A stretch of 64,000 nucleotides of DNA from Ophelia neglecta. Lineage: Eukaryota. The position numbers and the translations under genes were made by a program. The notes beneath the pieces are model-generated. The model had not been told where the DNA came from. It ran no database searches and saw only the letters and a list, made by a program, of their open reading frames with translations. The stretch spans positions 29,946,001 through 30,010,000 of the forward strand of contig OZ260665.1 in NCBI GenBank assembly GCA_965285935.1, given 5' to 3'. Position 1 is the stretch's first letter, and every line of letters starts with the position of its first letter. Of the stretch, positions 36,901 to 49,830 are shown one piece after another.

Positions 36901-39559
36901 AGATCATCTGAAATGTGAAGTAAGCCAACAAGACAAACTATTTTCATTTATTTTTCCCAATCATTTTTGTTATTAGTCTCAGCTAGAAGAAAGGTCTAAT
37001 TTGATGACATAATCTGGACATGACTGGAACAGCAGTGTATGGATTCCTAAAAGCTGGCACTAAATTTTGAAATCCTAGCTGTTCATTTATAGAAATAACA
37101 GGGTCTATATTGCATTGCTAAAGCATTGTTTGTTCAGCCCTGAAATTTTCCACCTCCTAGCTAAAATACTATGGGTGTAACTTCATCAAAGCTGGCATCC
37201 TCATTTTTTGGCCGACTGAATAGGGTATATCATTATGTAAACAAAATAGCTAAAAGGCCATTAAACTCACAGCTGTGGAAAATTAAATCAGCAGGCCTAG
37301 TATATGCCTACCGGTAGTTATAGCCATTTCAAATTTGGGGCATGGCACTTGGGCTATTCTATATCACCACAAATATACTCAGAAAAAGAGGTTGGGGTAT
37401 GACCAGCTGAGTTGTCTTACAAGTGTAGTGTGTAGCAACTTCTAAACCCCTGTTGGATTGCGTAAAAACATTAGTTTAAATACAATGACAATGACAAAAT
37501 ATATAGCAACCTGTATGGATATCCTGTTTTGACATTAACTGATGACTTAATTAAGAAGTGGTCAAGAAGCATTCAAATCATAAATGAAACTGTGATTATT
37601 GTTTATAAATTAGGCACCATGAGGCAAGTTATCTATGGGAGACGAAAGAATGTTTTTACTTTATTCCTTACTTAAATAATCAATCAGTGATCCATTTCAC
37701 AGTTGTTATTTCACAAGTAGTGTTAGTAGTTGTCTAAATAATAATCTATAAACTGGTATGCTTTAATAGAGTTCACTGTAAAAAAAAAAGTGGCTTGCAT
37801 AAAAATGAAAATGTTGTGCACTAGTTCTCATAGTCTGCAGTGGGCTCAAATAAGGCGTATACTGTACTACTGCTAAACCTGCACCTCCGCTGCCCAGGTC
37901 TCCACCAACTGGTTAAAGCCGGCAACAAGTCTGTAGAAAATCACAAAATCATAAACCAAAAGATTTTTTCTTTCTCTTGATGATTCATTGAAAGGCAAAA
38001 ATTTAATTTAAGTAAATCCAGCATGATAGATTGATTTATAATAGGCAGCGGAATTCATTTGCACTGCGAGCTGATAAGGTGAGCATCTCTGTGCCCCGTT
38101 CCTGCCCCAACCAGAGGTAGTGGGCTAAATTTGCACCTCATAAAGCTTGGTTTTGCAATTAGTTTATACTAAAGTGTTTTGCAGCCTGGAAACAGCACAG
38201 GATGAGTCAGAGGCTTGCTGATCTCCTACAAGCATTACTTTTTTGCATATGATTTTTCATTCACAGGGTTGCATTCAGACCCAATCAAATCTATCACCTG
38301 GATATTGGAATCCATTACTTGACTCTTTCACCATCATATTAATATATTTGCGACTTATGGACTTATGACTTTTATGTGGGTCTAAGGCCACACAGGCGGA
38401 CATTAATTTGCTATTAATGTCATATATGTGTGACTAATATCAAAATGCCATAGACAAGTATGTGGAATCAACGCAAATTGCAGCACATACATATATATAT
38501 GTATATGTATTTTGTTTTCATGTTTCGCTAACCCCTAGGGAAGACCATCCTAAAACTTTATCTGACAGCAAGGGAATTTCCCGAAGTCATTCCACTGCGA
38601 GTTGCCCCTTCCCCGACCCTGACTTTCATGATCTGTGACCAGCAGGGGCAAACTTTTAACATTCACTATAGTACCACACAGAAAGGGGTGTTTCTGCCTG
38701 AAAATATATACATTCCTCATAACAACCTTCTTATCACAATACCTTGACTAATGCTATTTTTGCCAAGGTTTTTTAACTCATGCAGTATGTTTAGTAACGT
38801 TACCATTAGACTATTGGAATTACAAAGATTCAACATTTGGCCATGGTACTTACAAAACCCAAATATGTATCATAATACTTGCTATGGACTCTAAATCAGG
38901 TGCCTGATGGTATGTTATAACATGTACAAATATATGTTAATGAGTTGAATACTTTCATGAGATAAAGCTTCACAAAACAAATAACCTTTTTTTTTACTAA
39001 AGTCTGAAACAATTTGTCATTGGAATTAATTTAGGAGTGACAATTTTAAGGCGTTTTCCTTTGGTGACTCTGGTTTGAATAATTATGCTTCAGTATGTGC
39101 TGCATTGTAATTTGACTAGACCATATCACTTCATTTATATCATGACATGACCTTTATGTTGATGGCAGTAAATAGAATAGTATTTTCAAAACACATAATA
39201 AACCACAGTATAACAGACTTACGTGTTTTAAATCTGATTAATTGGAAATAAAAACATTTGTTCATTTTTCCTTTCTATGGGTGCCAAAAATCAGAACATT
39301 TAAGCAATACATTTAGAAATTCTTAAATATAAAATAATATCCTTGTATAGATACTCGTATACATTTCATTAAATTTTGGTTTTTCTTGCACATGCTCTGT
39401 AATGGAAAATAAATATATACCTACCTCATCTGATTTCCAGCTGAGTGTCTCTTTCACAACTTGAAGGCTGGACTGGACATCAGTATTTCCAAAAAAACAT
39501 GAAAAATGACTTTGGGATAACACTAGGCAACCTGTCTATTATTCTATTGTACCGTTTAA

Positions 39560-40090
39560 ACAGAACTACTGGGCAAAATATCCCAATGTTTAGGACATAG
39601 ACAGGATATTCCGCAAGAGAATGGATGTGCATGTAAGTAAACAAGCTCCTTCAGTATCCAAATAGTCAGTTTATTTATATGTTGTGAAAGTTTTCCTCGC
39701 TGAGTATGGAGACTTTCACATATGGAAACTATCACACACTGACAGTATCTGTGCTTAAGAAAATATGGTATTGTCCAAGATCACAAATGCCAAACAGACA
39801 CATTGGTTTTGTAAGTCGCAGTAGGGATCTGGTCAAAAAAATGAACTACACTGTCCAAAGCCATCCTGGACAATACTTCAGAGAGGCAGGCACAGAGTGG
39901 TGAAGGAGCAGTTATTGTAGGCAAGATGGACACAGTGTTGGCAAATACCTCAATTAACATACGAGCAAGGCTGGCTGTAAGCAACCAAGGAGGATTTGTC
40001 CAGCCCAAGAAAACTCATCTTCACACCAAAACTTAACAGCACACTGACAAACATACAGAAAGAAGAGTAGACGGAGGCTTAGGTTTTATG
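39560..40090 (+). mobile_element. Possible fossil MULE/NOF-FB-like transposase C-terminal fragment
   Basis: Interrupted frames read VVKVFLAEYGDFHIWKLS...SKITNAKQTHWF, then after a frameshift RDLVKKMNY...HPGQYFRE. This resembles, from memory, the Y..PLWS / TNA.VE.WF..K.D / PG.F motif order of NOF-like transposases. Many stops. Confidence 0.3.
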
Positions 40091-42426
40091 ATAGAAGCAA
40101 TGCCTGGAAAAATAATATAAGCTTGACAGTGACGGATAGGGAACTATCCATTCACCAGGCTCGAGAGCAGTGAAATATGCCAAGGTGTCCATATCCATAA
40201 CATGCTTATGTTAAACATAATGAGTATTACAGCACAAAGATTAGCTTGCCAGACATCTGGAGGCTCCTAGAGTGGGTTTAGCAGGTACCACAATGTAATC
40301 TATATTCTATATGTTACTATCTATTTGCCATCTGATCATCTGTGTTTCTGTCTTTTTCTTTACAGATGGGAAAAATTGTTCTTTAAAGATGTGAAAATTT
40401 CACAAAAGGCATATCTCCCAGATCTGCTGGCGGGGCAGCATATTGATGGCTATTTTTTAAATGTTTTAAATTTGTTTTGCGCAAAATTTAATGTTCCATA
40501 CAGTAATATGAGAGTTATTTTAAAGTGTTTTGTAAATTGTCTGAAAGCCTATTGTAAAACTGACCAAGTACATTCTGTATGGGACACTTGACATCTGATG
40601 TTTTCGAGCAGGTTCAGGACATTTTTACTCCTATTTAAGTGATACGCAAATATACATACACATGAGTACTGTTCCTGAACTGCCCCATGGAGTAATAATT
40701 ATCTGGTTATGGGGCGGATGTAAGTTGTCCTGGGAAAGCCTGCCACCAGTGTCGGCAGTGATCCAGAAACAAGACAGCTGTGTAGCAGTTAACTCACACT
40801 GATGGTCTAAAGTCCACAGTATAGGACTGGAGCATATATCTTAAAATTAGCAATATTAAAAATACATCCACAGCCAATGGGGGTCTAACAGTCAAAAATG
40901 GTAAGAAAGTAACTGTCCCAGTTGCAGTTTTCCATCCTGAGTTCTATCTAACATCAAAAGGTTATGGCAAAAGTTGCATTACTCAACTGGAGGGTATAAT
41001 GAAACAAATCCAGTAGTTGATGCTTATGTTCTTAATTTCCAGCTGTTTCACCTCAATTTGAAATGGATCTAACCCCATGATAAATGCTACAAGTGTAATA
41101 TCTCTAAGCAAGAAAGAATTTGGGCAATAAATTTATAAATCTTCATTTCCCATGTATCCAGTTTCAGCTCCCCAATGTGACCCATGACCTATTTGCGCTG
41201 TTAGAAGTTTACCAAACTGTGATATGAGAAAGCTCAAATCTACCGTTGGAGGCTTTCAGACATGCTGAGCTCCATCTCATAAAGGATTTGGAATTCATAT
41301 TCAAGATGCACATAATCTCATGACTGTAATGAGAAAAAAACATTTCTTTGGCAAGAGAAAGAATCCAACTCATTGCATTCTGTAAGTCAGACATTAATTT
41401 ATGTGTGGTTTCCCCTAATCTTGGATTTAATATTTTGCTCACCTTGTCAAGTATAAAATATTTTGCATGCAATATAAGACCACCCAAAATCTGAATGTTT
41501 ACGAGGCATTTTGTTGATCTTTGTCCTTGAATATTCATCTTGTCAAGGCACTTTTAGGTGGCGGGTGGAGTAGAGATGTATTATAACAACTAGCACCATC
41601 ACTGTCCCAATATTAATCATTTCAACAGAAAAGCTAATGGCCAAATTCATCTAGTCACAAAACAAATATTGCTGTCCCGCAATGCTTTTTTATTGATTAA
41701 GAAGCCTATTGTTTAGAAATGAGATGACTTATTTTTGAGCAGATGTTGTGCCTGTGATGTATTGTTGTTCCATTTGGTGTCCAGATGATGAGGACACCTC
41801 AGGAGGCATGTGTGAGGTGACTTCTGTCACCGTTCACAATGGAGGGAGGAAGTCACCTCACCACAATGGGTGATAAACATGCACAATCATCTTTCCTAAT
41901 TAACTCAGAGGGCCAACAGGGAGAAGCTCATTGAGTGAGAAGATTTAATACTCCAATTTCCTGGTTAACCTTGTTTTTCTTATCCATTACCTAAAAGCTT
42001 AAGGTGGCAAAAATTTACAGAACTGCTGGAAATTTGCAGCACTGAAAATAAGATGTTAATTATTTCCCCAATGTCACAGACTCCGATTATTATATTTCTA
42101 TTATTACTTGGTTAATTTACCATTACAGAAACAGCAGGATGTCAGATCATTCAACTGTCACTTGCATAATTTTACAGGTTGCTTCATTAATCTATTCGCT
42201 TTTTTTCCTTATTTACACAAAGAAATGTCACTATTGGTAATAACTCTTGCACCTAGTGAACAAAGCCCATTCCCCTGAGCCTTTGAGGTTGGGGAGGATC
42301 ATATCACAAAAGCACAACACTCGCCTCAGCGAAACTAATACAGCAAGAATATTTCAGCATCTAAATATGCAAATCAAGAGAGAACAAAGCAAGGCAGTTG
42401 CAGAATGGAAACTCCATTAACAGTTG

Positions 42427-42500
42427 TTATTGCCCCCACCATTTTTGAAGAAAAAGTGGGAGGATATATATTGAGCCATGCACTCCCGCCAGTCTCCCTG
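42427..42500 (+). mobile_element. Helentron/HINE-like 5' terminus remnant
   Basis: TTATTGCCCCCACCATTTTTGAAGAAAAAGTGGGAGGATATATATTG has a TTAT start, the hairpin CCCAC..TTTTT/AAAAA.GTGGG and then TATATTG, the layout of HINE left ends. Confidence 0.45.
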
Positions 42501-45500
42501 GCACTGCCTTGTTGACCTGGTAAATTTGTATCAGATAGTAGGCACCACTCTTGTGCCTATACTACTTCCTCTATATGGTGAAAAAAACTTGTTAAGAAGA
42601 TTGCCCAAAAAGTATCCGAGATACGAGGCTTATATGACAGGGAGGAAGCTTTATATGTTAAACATGAACTTTTGGCGGAAATCTGAATATAATAAGTTGC
42701 TATAGCAATGCCAAATAGAAAATGGGATTGGCAAAAAAATAACAACATATTTTTTGCTTTTTTGGCTTTATCAGCAAATAAAGTATTTCAGGGGTCCTTG
42801 GGGGGAGGGGGCAGGGGATCCACTTTTGCTTTGCATTTGCCAGGAGTGATTTTACGACCTACACGTTTACTATCCCTTTTAATTGGTGGGGGGCTTGCCT
42901 TCCTAAACTCCTTGTTTTGTTTGGGGCATTTTGCTGTAAGGGTCGGTCATAACAATATCACTGGCTGCAGCTTCATAGAACAATCTCAGTCAACTAACGT
43001 AACTACGTGTAAGTAGACTGGAGGTTTCCTACCTCGGGTCATAACAGAACTGACCCTCCACTGCATGCTCTCATGAAGCTCTATTGATATGTATAAATAT
43101 TGATGTTTAGTTGACTACTTTACTTATGTTTAACTGTTATGGAATGCCAAGTTAGTGGAAATGATTTGGCTAAACTTCCATTATCATTCTAATTCAGTTT
43201 TTTTGCATGTGTTATGTTAGATTCAAGGTAAATAAAACAGCGCTGTTTAACAAGGTTATCTTACTTGCATCAGATTTGCAGACTTTTTATTTAGGATTGC
43301 AACCAATATAAAAAGAGCATGGTGATTTAGGTTATCAGTGCTGTCTGTGTTCTCCTGGGGTGACTAGTGGTCGCCTGACATTACAGATATGTAGTGGAGC
43401 ATAGGCCAGAAGCTCCATATGGAGATCAAGCCTTACATTGACAAAGACATCAATCCTTTAAATAAATTAAAACTCAGCCAGATTGAACCCGATTACACTC
43501 GAGCTTGTGACATGGCCTGGTGGTTACATTCATACTCATCTCCATTTCAATTCCCATTTCAGAAAAAGCACAATAGAAGGTGTAAGAATCCACATAATTG
43601 GTATTAAATTAAGAATCCTGCAAAACTGTTTCCTCCAGCTGCTTGTCTGAAATCAGGGTTACCAAGATTTAAAACTACCATAGACAGATTCCCATCTGTA
43701 ATGGCCCCTCCACACTCGTGGTGATTGTCAGTGATTTTCAGGACATTGAAATGTAACTTTGACAGTTGAAAACTGAATAGGATGCAACTAGGGAAACATG
43801 TCCATTCTGTTTATGAAAGCGAATACACATAAATATGTGTGTTTGTCTATTTATAAGCTGCTTGGCTCTACAAACTCTGAAAACTAATAGTTTAGTGTAT
43901 CATATACCTTTAAACTTGCTTTAGGCTCATTATGTTTCTAACAGAATTAGAAAAATATCAGACAAATGTAGCCTTTGTATATGTAAACTGTAAAATTATG
44001 CACAAAACCCTGAAATATCTTTGTGAGTGCTGGTCAGAGATGAAAAAACTGTGACCTCTTCTATCAGGCGCTTGTTTATTGCACTCCACTTTGAAAGAAA
44101 CTTGAGGGGATGTGTTATATTCCCATCATAATTCTTCAAAAAAGGGAATATATTGGGATCTGTTCTTCAGCGGTTTACAGCAATATGGTGGCAAAAACCC
44201 GTTTATAAGATTGCACAAAAGTATTCCAGGCCACAGGCCTGGAATTGACAGTGAGGAAGTGTTATAGACTTATCATGAACTTAATACCATTTGGACAACA
44301 TCGGTATATATTTGGTTACCACAGTAAAACCTTACAAAAATGGGTTCTGCCAAAAATGTTGGTGCAATGAGTTATGCTCCTTCTCACTAATTCCGGCAAT
44401 TTTAAGTGTTTGATCCTTCCCCACCCCTCCCAAATTATTCCTGAGAGGAGGTGGGACTATATCATTTGTCATTATTCTCTTAATGGTTTGAATGAGATAG
44501 GCTGCAATTTATTTGACAAATGAGCTTTTTACGCTGAGAAAATCAATGACATTTTCAATTAAGATATTTTCAGAGGAATTTAAACTTTATGTTGTGATGT
44601 ATAGTCTTTCAATTGATTTCCTTGAGCATGCTGGTGTATGTTTAGACTTTCATACTCCTAACACATATAGATTATTTGTTTGCTTCATGAAGATTTATTA
44701 TTGGTTATGTAATATATGATTAATTTAATTTTGATATTGTAGGTATTTTGGATTTTCATAGTAATGGGTCTACTTGGTTTGCTGAATCAATATCATATTA
44801 ATTCAAATATTTGAATTTTTGTTGTATAGTAGATTTACAGATACTTGTGGATGGCACAATTATTCAATTAAAATTGATTGCTCTCCAGGTTGGACTGTGG
44901 TTCAGAGTAATTACCTGTACATTAGCTGACACTGTACAGATACATCTGTGCATCTGGATTGGTCCATATCCAAACCACCGTACCCGAGTCAGCCCATAGT
45001 AATGTGATACTAAACACCTGTGCCCCAAATAAATACACTGCAACATCTGATACTTAAAAAAATACTGTGATTATGTCAAACACAGTTTCTAGTCGAGACT
45101 AACAGAAATCCCTGTCTCACTTGGGCACAGGTATCATCACCACCAGGAAGTTAATCATGAATTAAAATGTGTTACATCAGTGGAAGTCATCTGTAGCAAG
45201 GGCAAACAATAATTTGTTGAATGCCAATTTCACCCAAACGGTTGGACAAAGCAGGTATAACTCCAATAAGAACACCCAGGCATTATTTGATTATCTACTA
45301 CTCCAGTATGTCTTACAATTATATCTATTGATAGCTTGTATTCCCAGTGTGTAGTCTAATCATAACATTATGTAGAGTCTAATCTTGAAGTAATATCAGG
45401 TAATACTCAATAATAGAATTGAATATTTATTCAGGTGTTTCAGCTATAGTTCAAAGAGTGAATATAGTAACCAAAATGAAAGCCCTGACACTCCATATAC

Positions 45501-46368
45501 AAGGCAAAGCAAACTTATCAAACCTTGGATATAATTGAATCTGTTGACATCTAGCTGACAATTCCATGGGAAATTTCATTTTTTGAATTAACATAAAAAC
45601 CCAAATACATAGGTGTGCTTACTTCTTTTTTTTCAGAAATATATGCTTGTTTATTCAGAAGTCATAAGTGCACTTGCTATGATTGCATATTCAATCACAA
45701 AAGAATCTTTAAAAGAGATCCTTGCAGTAACTGCTTTCTCCTGTACTTCTTCTTTCACGCTTTTTTACATAGAACTCGTAAAGTATCCAACTTGAATGCC
45801 CGCCCCTCATTAGTTTGCGATTGTTCTTGCATTGACAAGAACTCATTCTTGCACAGGTGTTCATTGACAATGCAAAGCTATTCCAGACCTGTGATTACAG
45901 ACCATTAAGTTTAAATCGTGTTCTTACAGTGAAGAGTTCTTGCTAGGAGACATCAAAGTGGGCTATTGTGCTGCAGGTTTACAAATAGACATTTGTAGCT
46001 ATGGGGAGCCATTGGTTTCCAGTGATTAACCCAAGATTACAATTTGATTTTGATAAATACCTTGAAGGTGTCACTAATATTTTTCACTTGGAAAAATTAC
46101 ATCCTTGCTAGGTTAGAGTTTCTCTGTTTTCTTAACGAAGCATGGCAGCTTTTGACCTATGGTATAATGCTGTGAATGTTCAAGGGTAAACATATAAAGA
46201 TCCTCAGGAAAGGTACAAATTCAAATTCAATCGAAATATAATAGAATAGTGTGAATGAATTTGGACTTAGAAATTGGCTGTTTTCAGGAGGTTTATAGGA
46301 TAATAAAGCACCGCAACACTTCCTGCATTCAAGCAATATGTCAACTATTTTTGCAGAAATCCAAAATG

Positions 46369-46460
46369 CAAGGTTTCAAGGTTTCCAGGTTTAATTAATG
46401 TGTTCTTACGCCCTCTGGGGGCCAAATACACAATGGGTATCATACAGAGTAATATAAACT
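46369..46460 (-). mobile_element. 3' tail fragment of a non-LTR retrotransposon
   Basis: Minus strand ends ATTAATTAAACCTGGAAACCTTGAAACCTTG: a polyA-like signal running into three copies of an 8-nt tandem tail, preceded by the small stem GCCC-CCAGA-GGGC. Confidence 0.45.
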
Positions 46461-48225
46461 ACTAGTCTCAAGTTGGCATGACTCCAAACATTAACTAGTC
46501 AGTATCAAAATGAAGAGAATGTATTCTTACCAGCAAGTTAACATTCTACAAGGCAGGAGCTGAACATTTCAAGCTAATGATACTGATTTAGTGAACAAAC
46601 TGGCAGCATGTTTTACAGCTGGACAGCTGCACCTCTGACATCAATGGGTAAATTCTGATCAGGATACTGTTGAAAAGTGTGACTCTACAGTGATAAATAA
46701 CACTGTGATCCCACACAAACCAGGTGATGACTACTGTGCATCTCACCATGCAGGTTTTAAATACTTGACCAGTATTAGGATCAGAATTAAATGTGATATA
46801 TTGCCCCTTTGTTGATGACCCCTGCCGCCCAGCAGACGAGGTGATGATGTGCGGAAAGCAGGGGGCATCATAAATGTATACCTATATAGAGTTATTCGGT
46901 ATCTATAAAGGAAATACAAAATAATTGATAACTCTCTTCAGTCCACGGCCAGTCTGCTCCTTATCTACAAGTATTGGTCGGTTTACCACACTCAAGCATT
47001 TGCATATGTTTGTAAGATAAAGAACAGAATTGTGGCCAAGTTTCTGTTTTCAGTCAATAGCACAAATTAAATGAAAACTTTGATTGGTTTATTGAATATA
47101 AATCTGAGGTGGCAAACCTATTTTGTTCAAGTGATACTTACTTAAGAGTTCACTCAGGTTAAAAATCTCAAACTTAAAAATGTTAGTGATTGTTGGTTTC
47201 AGACACAATATCTAAATAATATAATGTAGATCTAGGTTTATACATGTGTATAAACATCAAATACACATGCAATGATTACCGGGTTCATGTTTACAGCATG
47301 CATGTGAACAGGAAAATAATGAAGAACTTTTATGTCTTCATGTGAGTGTGACCAGAGCATAACACTAATAAGAAGGCTCTGGTGCTAAACAAAAATAAAT
47401 TTTTCAACACTCCTATTTTATTAACAATTAGCGCAGAGCGTGTGTGGTCTAGCAGTACCAGATGTTGCCATACATACATTTTTACTGTTTTCTGGCTCTG
47501 CCATTAGTCACGTACCATTTCTTTTACAAGAAGCAACATTTGAGATTTAATTTGCAAGCCAGTTTGTGTTGACCAGGCCTGAATTCTTACTAGAATCTCA
47601 ACAATCCAACGATGTTAGACTGAGATGCCTCAGTATTCAACTTACCTCACAATATGTATATAAATTAGATTCTACCAGTTTCCAGGACTTGGTCTGGGAA
47701 AACAGCAAGCCTTTTCGACTTTTCATGTCACTAAGAAGGTTCATGCAGGGCCTGAAAGGTCAAAGGTTGAAACTTGAAATAAATCATTGACCATGAAAAC
47801 ATGTACTGTAAGACATTGCAAAGTTGCTGCAAAATTTCATGTTTATGCACTTCTAACCTTTTTACCCCATTCTTATTTCACCTTTTTTGAGTCACTGCTG
47901 ACATTAAGTGTTTGCATGCACTTTATTTATGCTAATTTTATGAATATTTGAAATCTTTAAGATTAAAGAACATATAAAATTCATGTTTTGTTCACTGTCT
48001 ATATATACAGTACTTTAACAGGAACAGAAAGTTTCCCAACCCACAAATATAGTTAAAGTAAACAATATTCATTGTCAATTTCACAGCATATAAATTTCAA
48101 TATAAATTGAATCGGCTTATCCTATGCTGTACTTTATAACTGTACCCTAATTTTCCATCCTGAACAAAAATAGTAAAAAACAATAGCAAATGAATCATGA
48201 GCCAAATACCCTCTGGGCAAATGAC

Positions 48226-49830
48226 TTTTTTTTACCATTTTTTTTTTCAATACATTTTAATATAAACAGATTGGTATAAGATAGAAAAATAGATACATTG
48301 GAGCAGCGAGCATAACACAGATGGATCAGCCAGGCAGGATTACCCTAAGGAGCAACAATTTATAACAACATAAGTAAACAAAAATTCTTCCTGTATTTAT
48401 AGATTCAGAGAATGCCACTTTTTATATTTAATGTATTTATTTACCATTATTATTGTTTCAATGCCTTTCTGATGCAAAGCTCTTTTCAAAATTGGGAAGC
48501 AGGCACCAGTTCTAGTCTGATAAATGTAAAATTTTGCACGAAATATTAAGGTACATAAAATTTCATCTTCACAGTCAAAATATAACTCATAACTAGTGAT
48601 TCCCTCCTAAAAACATATCCTGAAATCCCTCCAAAAGCCTTGTACAATGACACATTCCCAACATAAATAAATCATGTCTTCTATCTCTTATACACTGCCA
48701 CTCTACTCCTGCATTCAAATTAATATATTTACTACACCTAGGAGTGCACAAATTATAAACTCCCTTGATTTTTAATATTTATACATTTGTCTTGATGTGG
48801 TCAGATACAAAGGCATGTCCCTGTGCACAGGTCAAGTCACCTCAAATTGGAGTGGTAAATAATTCTGAACATCAGTTCTTCATTGGGGAAACTTGACAGA
48901 GCTGAACTCAAGCCGAGCCATGTCAACCTACAGCTATCCCCCAAACCATACATTGCTCCAAATTCCTGGAATGTTAAGATGAAAGCCATCAACACTAAAA
49001 AGATCCCCAATATATCTCACATTTACCATATACAATGATCTATAAAAAAAAAGCATGCTTATTCTCACCAATATGTTTTGATTATACCAGAGGAAGTAAT
49101 TCTTTGGGCTACTTCTATTACCATAAATACACCTCTCAATATATTAATGTAAAATACAGGTACATGTTCAGTCAACCTTACAGTTATTTTTATAGTCATA
49201 CTCAGCTAACAAGTATACATTTATATCTAGATAATATCTAACAAAGGAAGAACAGAATAGTGTTCTTTTCTACAAACCACTCTCACTTGATTTAATTCTA
49301 TTAACCCATTTCATGCTATTCACAATCAAGAAGGTCTTAATACTAGGAACATTTAAAGCACCATTATTGTGATCTTTCATCAGGGCTTCTCGTCTTCATT
49401 TTGGCTTTTTCCCTGACCAACTAAATCAAACATTAAGTTTATATCTTTCTAATAACATATTCCTCTGTTATACAGATAGCTGACATTGTGTACAGAAATT
49501 GAGATACAATAAGTGCTTTCAACACTATAAATTTCCCTAGCATAGTGAGACCTTGACATTTCTACTTGTTTAAAATCCCCTTACATCTCACTAGTATTTT
49601 GTCAATATTGAGAAAATTTGAAATCTCCACCTCATAGTATATATATGCACCCAATATCTTCAATGGTACATCTGGCCACTTAATACCAAGTCACTACCGG
49701 TGTTATCACTATTATTTCTGATAGGACCCAACCACTTGGCCACTGCATTTTCTCTTTTTAATATCATATTCTGTGCAAATGACTTGTTAATGAATACCTT
49801 CTGCATGTAAACACTCTATTCACATCCAAG
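48226..49830 (-). mobile_element. Fossil L1/Tx1-clade LINE (3' part of ORF2, 3' UTR, poly(A))
   Basis: Broken minus frames give, in correct order: LGIKWPDVPLKILG...GLTMLGKFIVLKALIVSQFLY; NNGALNVPSIK...KWVNRI; (P)LWYNQNIL...VRYIGDLF; EIEDMIYLCWECVIVQGFW (zf-RVT remnant); LIFRAKFYIYQTR...KKW with a stop at 48399-48397. A-rich tail at 48247-48226. Confidence 0.85.

Noticed and set aside
42788-42945. Minus-strand Lys/Pro-rich stretch (KCPKQNKEFRKASPPPIKRDSKRVGRK...PPPPKDP*) as a terminal exon
   Set aside because: Short and low complexity, with a weak acceptor, no recognisable family and no partner exon found.
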